In this document: piece by piece, positions 22,185 through 32,400 of the stretch | Layout of the letters: every line of letters starts with the position of its first letter | How positions within the stretch are numbered: position 1 is the stretch's first letter | Source of the DNA: Macrostomum lignano | Lineage: Eukaryota | NCBI GenBank assembly: GCA_002269645.1 | Contig: NIVC01000140.1 | Span: forward strand, 310,001 to 374,000 | DNA length: 64,000 nucleotides | Reading direction: 5' to 3' | Made by a program: the position numbers and the translations under genes | The notes under the pieces: generated by a model | What the model was told of the DNA's origin: nothing | Database searches by the model: none | What the model saw: the letters and a program-made list of their open reading frames with translations, nothing else

Positions 22185-24587
22185 CTGGAGCTGACTCTTG
22201 TAGGATGCGAAGTATGCAAAATGCTGCGAACATCGACCAACAATTTATAGAGACGCCATGCTCACAGATCACGCAAATTTCTCTAAAAGCCCGGGTTTTA
22301 CTGCGCGATGCATGATCAATCGATACAATTTTTAAAAAATCAAAATACAAGCTTTTGAGACTTCAAATCGCAAATTCAACAACTCTCCGTGTTGCGTCTG
22401 CTTGGAGTTAATTTTCTTGAGATAGTTTAAAATTGAGTTGCGTTTTTAATTGAATTTTTGGTAATGTAGCTTTTTGGAGCGAATTTGGGCCTACACGCAT
22501 CGAACTTAACAGAAGATATGGTTACCAAAGTAACGGAGCTTTTGTCAATGGTGGCAAGGCTGGCACAGCAGCATTTGATTTGGTCCATAGTGGCTCTGAA
22601 ACACAATCATGAGTCACAGCTGTGTAATGCAATTTATTTTAAGTAAATTTCATGATCACTGTACCAACACAAGGTGACGTCAATCGTTTTATCTGCTAGA
22701 CTATAACAAAAACAGGAAGAGCATTTTAGCATGGTCAAAAATCCTTGTAACTTTTTGTTTGACGCCTCGCATATGGTCCACGAGCAGCTGAAAATGAACC
22801 ACTGCTTCCGTTCTCACTGCTTGAGACAGTCATGTCTAAACGAAAATCTAGGAATGAAACTACAGAGCCGTTATGTACCAAATTGATGCTTGTTGGACTA
22901 AATTAAATGCTGCTGTGCCAGCCTTGCTACCAGAGACCAAAGCTCAATTACTTTGGCAAACATATTTTGAAATAAACTGATTGCGCATGAGCCCAAATGG
23001 GCTGCAAAAAGCTGTACTCGTTTTTGTATAGCTTGATTGATTGCTTGGTTGCCGTCTCCAGTCTTAAGCATTGTTAAAAACCTTATTCTGAGAAACATTC
23101 AAAACAGACTTGGGTAAAAACATATTTGCTTGCTTTGCAGCCCTGTCAAATCCGATGGTCATAAACCCTTCGGCCGAACCGATAGTCTATGGCCATACCG
23201 GCTGATTCGCCGCGTGCACCGGCTGCACCATTCCCTGGCTTTGAACAAACTATTTAAAAAACGTCATGAGCTCGAAACAAAGGAAGCAGCAATTTTTTAG
23301 TTTGCACTAAAAGACAGCAAAATTTCTCTCCCGCTACTGCTTTTTATTGCAAAATTTGCTGCTATTTAAGTGAAGTTTTACTAAATGCGAGCTTCGTATC
23401 CTGAAATGTTTAGTTGTTGACAGTGCGAATCCTGAAAGATCCGAAAGACTGTTTCGCATGGAGATTTTGGCGAGAAAAGTTTAACATTTGTTCTCTGTTG
23501 TTGCATTACACAGAAGGGCGCTGAGCAATCAGTTTCTGATTCCTTTCCAACTCGACAGCCCTTTTCTTCAGCAATCAGCAGCAGAAAACGCTTTGTTTCG
23601 CAGAGTCGGGATTTGCACAAGCCTTTGTGACGCCATTTGTGAGGCTTTCTCCATCCTTTCTCAAGCAAATGGTTTGCCAAAGTTCAGGCTGGCGTTCCTC
23701 TGCCGCAGCCATGACAGCCATTGTTAGCAAAAATCGATACCTTGTTGCGATAAAAGCAGTTCTCACGGACTCAGCCTTGCTGGCAGCCTCCAACTTCGAT
23801 TTTGTCCTCTTGGCTAAAAACATCAGCCTCCTTAATCCAAGGCTGCTCAACCCGAAGCCAGCGTCTCGATACAATGCAGGTGGGCGTTGGGCCCTTCCCA
23901 TTTCACGTGACGCAATGGCAAAAGTCCATCCAAACACTGTTGATGGGGCGTCCCAAAGTGAAAGGCGGTGGGGAAGTTTGAGCTGAGGGAGCTGGGGATG
24001 CGCAGACCCTGACTAAAGCATTGCTTTAAGCGTAAAAACCTCCGCTACGCCTGAAAAGGCTTGCCGACCTGAGCTGCGGCCTTCAGTGCCAGCCCACGCA
24101 AAACTGCTGACTTCTTGGTGAAAAGCTTTTTCTGTCCGGCTCAAAAAGCCAGAGCAGCAGCAACTGAAGCATTTAAAACTTCTTTCTGTGCTGCAAGTTT
24201 CTGGCCAAGCCCTGTGAGAGCAAATCGCGAGATGCAGCACCCACTTTGCGTGGGCCAGGCGCGAGAGAGCTGCCTCTAAAGCAGCCAAGCACAAAAACCT
24301 CACAAAGTCATGCCATCTGCCACTCTTTTCCTTATTTGTAAGTTTTTCTCTCAGCTTTAAATGTAAACTTGAAACACTGCTTGTTGCTCAAGCTTATGGT
24401 AAAATTAAAAACAAATGTACCTGAGCATACTACTGCTGAGACAGAGTCCCAGTAGTTTAAAATATGAGAAAAATATGCGATTTTTTGAAAAGCAAGCAAA
24501 ACTGATGTCAATAAAGATTTCTCTGTGTCAAATCTGCGTCTACTGCCTGCCAGCGCCTTCAATGACGAGCTTCTCACCGACCGGTCG

Positions 24588-25283
24588 TCAAGGCGTGTCC
24601 ATCGGAGCGACTTCCGCCTCTCCGGAGGCTCCGCAGTCGCTGCCGGCGGTGTCGGCGCTGACAGCCACGTCAACGGTGGCGGCTTCGCGATCGACGCCCA
24701 TCGGCTGCAGCAGCGCCTCGCGGATCTGGTCTGCCGCAGCCCGCATCCTCTCGTCAAGGAGGCCAAGGCGGCCCAGCTCGGCCAGCCGGCCCATCAGGCA
24801 CCGCAGCACCACCGCCTTGTAGGCCGTCTCGGCGCTGTCCGGCAGCCCGGCAGCGTCCGCGGCCGTCTCGGCTGCTCCGTCGGTCTCCTCAGCTGCTCCG
24901 TCGGCCTCCTCAGCTGCTCCTTCGGCCTCCTCAGCTGCTCCATCGGCCTCCTCAGCTGCTCCGTCGGCCTCCTCAGCTGCTCCGTCGGCCTCCTCAGCTG
25001 CTCCGTCGGTCTCCTCAGCTGCTCCGTCGGCCTCCTCAGCTGCTCCATCGGCCTCCTCAGCTGCTCCGTCGGCCTCCTCAGCTGCTTCGTCGGCCTCCTC
25101 AGCTGCTCCATGGGCCTCCTCAGCTGCTTCGTCGGCCTCCTCTTCTTCTAAGCTTTCTTCGCCCTCGTTTTCGTCCCCGACTCCAGCGTCATTCTCCGGC
25201 AGTCTGGCTTCTTCGCTGCCGCCGCTCTCCATCGGCCCGCAGAGCTGCTGCCAAGCGCGTGTCTGAGCCGCCGCTCTCTGCAT
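24588..25283 (-). CDS. Hypothetical acidic protein (231 aa) with (GAAEEAD)n coding repeat
   Basis: ATG-to-TGA ORF with GC-rich codon usage like the neighbouring genes; 21-nt coding repeat ~24860-25145; non-repetitive helical-looking C-terminal part (YKAVVLRCLMGRLAELGRLGLLDERMR); splice-acceptor-like TTCCGCAG 35 nt upstream of the ATG with in-frame stops between. Confidence 0.5.
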   Translation of the reverse strand: MQRAAAQTRAWQQLCGPMESGGSEEARLPENDAGVGDENEGEESLEEEEADEAAEEAHGAAEEADEAAEEADGAAEEADGAAEEADGAAEETDGAAEEADGAAEEADGAAEEADGAAEEAEGAAEEADGAAEETDGAAETAADAAGLPDSAETAYKAVVLRCLMGRLAELGRLGLLDERMRAAADQIREALLQPMGVDREAATVDVAVSADTAGSDCGASGEAEVAPMDTP

Positions 25284-25394
25284 CGAGTGGCAAGCAGCCC
25301 CTTATGTCTATGGAGTGCCTGCGGAATTTCAATTTTATTTTTAGCTCAAACACTTTTTCAAGCAGACTAACACCAAGGACAATTTAAGTTGTCC

Positions 25395-25945
25395 TTGACT
25401 CACAAATGCAGCTGCTCACTCTGACTGCAATCACATTGTGCAGACTCACACCTGCAGCTGCTCACTCTGACTGCAATCACACTGTGCAGACTCACACCTG
25501 CAGCTGCTCACTCTAACTACAATCACACTGTGCAGACTCACACCTGCAGCTGCTCACTCTAACTACAATCACACTGTGCAGACTCACACCTGCAGCTGCT
25601 CACTCTAACTGCAATCACATTGTGCAGACTCACACCTGCAGCACTCTGACTGCAATCACACTGTGCAGACTCACACCTGCAGCTGCTCACTCTGACTGCA
25701 ATCACACTGTGCAGACTCACACCTGCAGCTGCTCACTCTAACTGCAATCACACTGTGCAGACTCACACCTGCAGCTGCTCACTCTAACTGCAATCACACT
25801 GTGCAGACTCACACCTGCAGCTGCTCACTCTAACTGCAATCACATTGTGCAGACTCACACCTGCAGCTGCTCACTCTAACTGCAATCACACTGTGCAGAC
25901 TCACACCTGCAGCTGCTCACTCTAACTGCAATCACACTGTGCAGA
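25395..25945. repeat. Minisatellite, 46-nt unit GCAGACTCACACCTGCAGCTGCTCACTCTAACTGCAATCACACTGT
   Basis: About 12 tandem copies between the acidic gene and the iGluR gene. Confidence 0.93.
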
Positions 25946-26486
25946 CCCGCCTGCGCACCCTAATTACATCCGTGCTGCAAATCAGAACCTGTTGTCACAC
26001 AGTCTCGCGCAGTTTTCCAGAAAATCTTTCTGCTTTCTTGAGCAAATAGTTCTGATCGTGCCAGAGAAGAAACTCTTTGCATTGCTGAGCCCCAAACTCA
26101 TCTCTCGGGCAAACAAGCGCCAGCTTAGCAACACGGATTTGAGGCCGTCTGAGTGTCAGAAAACTTCACACACGGAATGTGAGCCCAGCAACCACTGGCA
26201 ACTCCGGAGGATCCCGCCTATGTGGGTTAAGCTGAGAGAAGGAGGCTGCCCCCCTTCTCTCCTCCCTGTTTGCAGTAAGAGGAGAGCAGAGCGGGCTGAG
26301 CTGTACTCAGGAAACCGGATCCGGCATTGGGCTGGAGGGGCTTTAGCTGGCCCCTAAGCTGCTGGCTCCCTGTTAAATGCAAACAGCTGTGGGCCCGGCC
26401 TCTCGGCTGATTCGAAGGGCTCGCGGACAAGCTGTGGGGTCCCTGCTGTGCTCAGCTGCTCACCTGCCGTGCAAACCGGTCAGTCA

Positions 26487-29400
26487 ATGCGGCCAGCCAG
26501 TCCTGCGGCCATCGCTGCCGGCCTCTTGTGCCTCGGCCTGCTGAGCCCCCTGGCTGGCGGGCGGCAGAAACTCGGTGAGTTCAGCTTGACCAGTTTGAGT
26601 CAGATTTGAGCACACTGTGAAAATTGAGTTCAGCTTGACCAGTTTGAGTCAGATTTGAGCACACTGTGAAAATTGAGTTCAGCTTGACCAGTTTGAGTCA
26701 GATTTGAGCACACTGTGAAAATTGAGCTCACCGTTGAAATCCGCAGCGATCTACCAGAGTTCGGGCGGCTGTTTCGGTTCGCAGCTCTGGGCGAATTTGA
26801 GCAGCGCGGACTCGCCACCACCGTTCGAGATCGTCTCGGTGCGCACCGCGTCCAGGGCGAAGGCGGTGGCGGAGGCAGGTGGGGGTCGCTTTTGCTTCTG
26901 TGATTTCAGCGCTGCTATCAAATCATTTTTTTATTCGAGATCCCCAGAACCCAATTCAAATACAAACACCGCACTATCAAATCCAAACACCCCACACTAT
27001 CAAATACACAAACCCCACACTATCAAATCCAAACACCCCACACTATCAAATCCAAACACCCCACACTATCAAATCCAAACACCCCACACTATCAAATCCA
27101 AACACCCCACACTATCAAATCCAAACACCCCACACTATCAAATCCAAACACCCCACACCGCAAACGCCACAAACCCACACAAACAAATCCACAAGTCAAG
27201 TCAAAACGGCAGCCGGAATGCCAGGTTAAGCGACAACAGAGCACTAATCATCAGCCAAGAGCACTGAGTACCCGATCGCAACGGAGCAACGGATCATGAG
27301 GGAACTGAGCTGTTTATTTGAGAGCTGAGGCAGGGCGGAGATGCAGCAGGGAGAAGGTCGCTCACGTACTCACCGTGAGCAGTGAGCAGTCGATGAATAA
27401 TTCATAGCTTGCCCCCGCTGGGCCTCCTATTTTTAGCAGCAGCAGAAGGCGGGTAGGCAGCAACAGCCGCAGAAATCAATCGCAGCCCCCCTCCCCGCGA
27501 CTTCAGCCAGGAGCGGAGGCGCACCGCAGCTCCCGCTGGTGAGCATCGACTGGGGCGGCGCCTGCGGCTCTTCCGCCCGGCCCGCCCGGCTCTCCGCCCT
27601 GCCCGGCTATGCCGACGTGTCCTTCGCTGCCGCCGGCGCCGCGGACCTGCGCTGCCTCGATGAAGGCCGCCTCCAGGCCGCTGCGCTCCGCTTCTTGCAG
27701 GCCTCGGCCGCGCTGGTCATCAGCGGTGAGCTGCCCGGAGTCCCTTGGATCCCTTGGATCCCGAGTCCTGTTGATAAAAATAGCCTTTCCAACACTTGAA
27801 AACCACAGCAGCCCCTTACAAGAACTGTGCATGCATGTGCACGTAAAATAAGTTGACCCATTTTGAAAGTTTAAATGCGTGGGAACTATTCTGTGCTCCC
27901 GCCTCTGGTTCGAATCCCCATCTCCTCACTCCGGTTCGAATCCCCATCTCCTCACTCCGGTTCGAATCCCCATCTCCTCACTCCGGTTCGAATCCCCATC
28001 TCCTCACTACCGGTTCGAATCCCCATCTCCTCACTCCAAGTTCGAATCCCCATCTCCTCACTCCCGGTTCGAATCCCCATCTCCTCACTACCGGTTCGAA
28101 TCCCCATCTCCTCACTCCGGTTCGAATCCCCATCTCTTCACTCCGGTTCGAATCCCCATCTCCTCACTCCAAGTTCGAATCCCCATCTCCTCACTCCGGT
28201 TCGAATCCCCATCTCCTCACTCCCGGTTCGAATCCCCATCTCCTCACTCCAAGTTCGAATCCCCATCTCCTCACTCCCGGTTCGAATCCCCATCTTCTCA
28301 CTCCCGGTTCGAATCCCCATCTCCTCACTCCAAGTTCGAATCCCCATCTCCTCACTCCGGTTCGAATCCCCATCTCCTCACTCCGGTTCGAATCCCCATC
28401 TCCTCACTCCGGTTCGAATCCCCATCTCCTCACTACCGGTTCGAATCCCCATCTCCTCACTCCAAGTTCGAATCCCCATCTCCTCACTCCCGGTTCGAAT
28501 CCCCATCTCCTCACTCCAAGTTCGAATCCCCATCTCCTCACTACCGGTTCGAATCCCCATCTCCTCACTCCGGTTCGAATCCCCATCTCCTCACTACCGG
28601 TTCGAATCCCCATCTCCTCACTCCAAGTTCGAATCCCCATCTCCTCACTCCCGGTTCGAATCCCCATCTCCTCACTCCAAGTTCGAATCCCCATCTCCTC
28701 ACTACCGGTTCGAATCCCCATCTCCTCACTCCGGTTCGAATCCCCATCTCCTCACTACCGGTTCGAATCCCCATCTCCTCACTCCAAGTTCGAATCCCCA
28801 TCTCCTCACTCCCGGTTCGAATCCCCATCTCCTCACTCCGGTTCGAATCCCCATCTCCTCACTCCGGTTCGAATCCCCATCTCCTCACTCCCGGTTCGAA
28901 TCCCCATCTCCTCACTCCCGGTTCGAATCCCCATCTTCTCACTCCCGGTTCGAATCCCCATCTCATCACTCCAAGTTCGAATCCCCATCTCCTCACTCCG
29001 GTTCGAATCCCCATCTCCTCACTCCGGTTCGAATCCCCATCTCCTCACTCCGGTTCGAATCCCCATCTCCTCACTCCAAGTTCGAATCCCCATCTCCCCA
29101 CTCCCCGTTCGAATCCCCATCTCCTCACTCCGGTTCGAATCCCCATCTCCTCACTCCGGTTCGAATCCCCATCTCCTCACTCCCGGTTCGAATCCCCATC
29201 TCCTCACTCCAAGTTCGAATCCCCATCTCCTCACTCCCGGTTCGAATCCCCATCTCCCCACTCCAAGTTCGAATCCCCATCTTCTCACTCCCGGTTCGAA
29301 TCCCCATCTCCTCACTCCGGTTCGAATCCCCATCTCCTCACTCCCGGTTCGAATCCCCATCTCCTTACTCCAAGTTCGAATCCCCATCTCCTCACTCCGG

Positions 29401-32400
29401 TTCGAATCCCCATCTCCTCACTCCCGGTTCGAATCCCCATCTCCTCACTCCGGTTCGAATCCCCATCTCCTCACTCCAAGTTCGAATCCCCATCTCCTCA
29501 CTCCCGGTTCGAATCCCCATCTCCTCACTCCAAGTTCGAATCCCCATCTCCTCACTCCAAGTTCGAATCCCCATCTCCTCACTCCCGGTTCGAATCCCCA
29601 TCTCCTCACTCCAAGTTCGAATCCCCATCTCCTCACTCCGGTTCGAATCCCCATCTCCTCACTCCGGTTCGAATCCCCATCTCCTCACTCCGGTTCGAAT
29701 CCCCATCTCCTCACTCCAAGTTCGAATCCCCATCTCCTCACTCCAAGTTCGAATCCCCATCTCCTCACTCCAAGTTCGAATCCCCATCTCCTCACTCCAA
29801 GTTCAAATCCCCATCTCCTCACTCCGGTTCGAATCCCCATCTCCTCACTCCAAGTTCGAATCCCCATCTCCCTACTCCGGTTCGAATCCCCATCTCCTCA
29901 CTCCAAGTTCGAATCCATCTCCTCACTCCGGTTCGAATCCCCATCTCCTCACTCCAAGTTCGAATCCCCATCTCCTCACTCCAAGTTCGAATCCCCATCT
30001 CCTCACTCCCGGTTCGAATCCCCATCTCCTCACTCCGGTTCGAATCCCCATCTCCTCACTCCGGTTCGAATCCCCATCTCCTCACTCCAAGTTCGAATCC
30101 CCATCTCCCTACTCCCGGTTCGAATCCCTATCTCCCTACTCCCGGTTCGAATCCCCATCTCCCAGACGCCCCACTCCAACCCGCAGACGGGTGTCCGGCC
30201 GCGCCGCTCCCAGCCGCTGTGGAGTCTTCGCTGCTTTCTCGGGAGGCGGCCAACTACGCTGAGCGGCTGGCCGGCCTGCTGGCGGACCGGCGCAGGGCGG
30301 GGCTGCGGCAGTTCGCCATCGCCTGGACGGCCAGCCTGACTGAGCAGGCGTTCAGGTCGGTGAGTTGGGGGGCCTGTTTGCCGAGGCCTGCAGCAGCACT
30401 GCTGACTGGCTGACAGAGGGCACTCAAGTCTGCTCAGGTTGTCTCCCCGTCTGTCCCATTGAGCAGTTTGTGACAGGCAACTTCAGTTGGGTTGAGCTGC
30501 TTGGTTGCTATTCTGAGGGTAGCTTAGAAGGATGCGGCGGCGGTTTCGAGCAGGTCTTCAGTGATGACTGTTGCACGATTATGGTACCAGGTGTCAGTAC
30601 TGGGCTCCAGGTGTCAGTACTGGGCTTTAGGTGTCAGTACTGGGCTCCAGGTGTCAGTACTGGGCTCCAGGTGTCAGTACTGGGCTCCAGGTGTCAGTAC
30701 TGGGCTCCAGGTGTCAGTACTGGACTCCAGGTGTCAGTACTGGGCTCCAGGTGTCAGTACTGGGCTCCAGGTGTCAGTACTGGGCTCCAGGTGCCAGTAC
30801 TGGGCTTTAGGTGTCAGTACTGGGCTCCAGGTGCCAGTACTGGGCTTTAGGTGTCAGTACTGGGCTTTAGGTGTCAGTACTGGGCTCCAGGTGTCAGTAC
30901 TGGGCTTTAGGTGTCAGTACTGGGCTCCAGGTGTCAGTACTGGGCTTTAGGTGTCAGTACTGGGCTTTAGGTGTCAGTACTGGGCTTTAGGTGTCAGTAC
31001 TGGGCTTTAGGTGTCAGTACTGGGCTTTAGGTGTCAGTACTGGGCTTTAGGTGTCAGTACTGGGCTTTAGGTGTCAGTACTGGGCTCCAGGTGTCAGTAC
31101 TGGGCTTTAGGTGTCAGTATTGAGCTTTAGGTGTCAGTACTGAGCTTTAGGTGTCAGTACTGGGCTTTAGGTGTCAGTACTGGGCTTTAGGTGTCAGTAC
31201 TGCGCTCCAGGTGTCAGTACTGGGCTTTAGGTGCCAGTACTGGAATTTAGGTGCCAGTACTGCGCTCCAGGTGTCAGTACTGGGCTTTAGGTACCAGTAC
31301 TGGGCTTTAGGTGTCAGTACTGAGCTCCAGGTGTCAGTACTGGGCTTTAGGTGTCAGTACTGGGCTCCAGGTGTCAGTACTGGGCTTTAGGTGCCAGTAC
31401 TGGACTTTAGGTGCCAGTATACTGAGCTCCAGGTGTCAGTACTGGGCTCCAGGTGTCAGTACTGGGCTCCAGGTGTCAGTACTGGGCTCCAGGTGTCAGT
31501 ACTGGGCTCCAGGTGTCAGTACTGGGCTCCAGGTGTCAGTACTGGGCTCCAGGTGTCAGTACTGGGCTCCAGGTGTCAGTACTGGGCTCCAGGTGTCAGT
31601 ACTGGGCTCCAGGTGTCAGTACTGGGCTCCAGGTGTCAGTACTGGGCTCCAGGTGTCAGTACTGGGCTCCAGGTGTCAGTACTGGGCTCCAGGTGTCAGT
31701 ACTGGGCTCCAGGTGTCAGTACTGGGCTCCAGGTGTCAGTACTGGGCTCCAGGTGCCAGTACGAGTATACTGGGCTCCAGATGTCAGTACTATGTGCCAG
31801 ATATAAGTGCTAGGTTCCAGGCTTCAGTAATATGTACCAAGTGTCATTATTAGTTACCACGTGTCAGTAACGTGCGCTACTAAGATGTCAGTAATATGTA
31901 CCAGTTGTCAATATCGCTTTTGACGCTCTAGATAAGACTTTAGACATTCAAAATAAGACTGCATAGGATCGCAAGCAAGGCCAGGCTAGCCACGGTCAGA
32001 GCATGCCCAGTCTTGGCTGTAGGGATGGCTTGGCCATAGACTAAAAAATGGAATATCAAAATGAGAATAAGACGCTCAATATGAGACTGCGTGTGAAAGT
32101 TCGACATCACTTCTGACTTCAGTGATGGACTAAACATTTCGATATGCTATTCTGCTTCTTGTTTATTGCCTAATTTCTCCTTAGCTGTTTGTATGGTGAC
32201 TGCCAAAAAGCAAATAAATTACGTTCACTCCCGGTTTCATATTGAGCGTCTTATTCTCATTTTGATATTCCATTTTTTAGTCTATGGCCAAGCCATCCCT
32301 GCAGCCAAGACTGGGCTTGCTCTGGCCGTGGCTAGCCTGGCCTTGCTTGCGATCCTATGCAGTCTTATTTTGAATGTCTAAAGTCTTATCTAGAGCGTCA

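Noticed and set aside
24525-25151. Plus-strand 208-aa ORF (SVGLLSC repeats)
   Set aside because: More likely the antisense shadow of the acidic minus-strand ORF; starts with a non-ATG codon.
27853-30413. Three ~800-aa ORFs (RFESPSPHS / VRIPISSL / GSNPHLLT) and possible tRNA gene array
   Set aside because: Minisatellite artefacts. Units hold only the T-loop motif, without D arm, anticodon arm or A box, so they are not tRNA genes.
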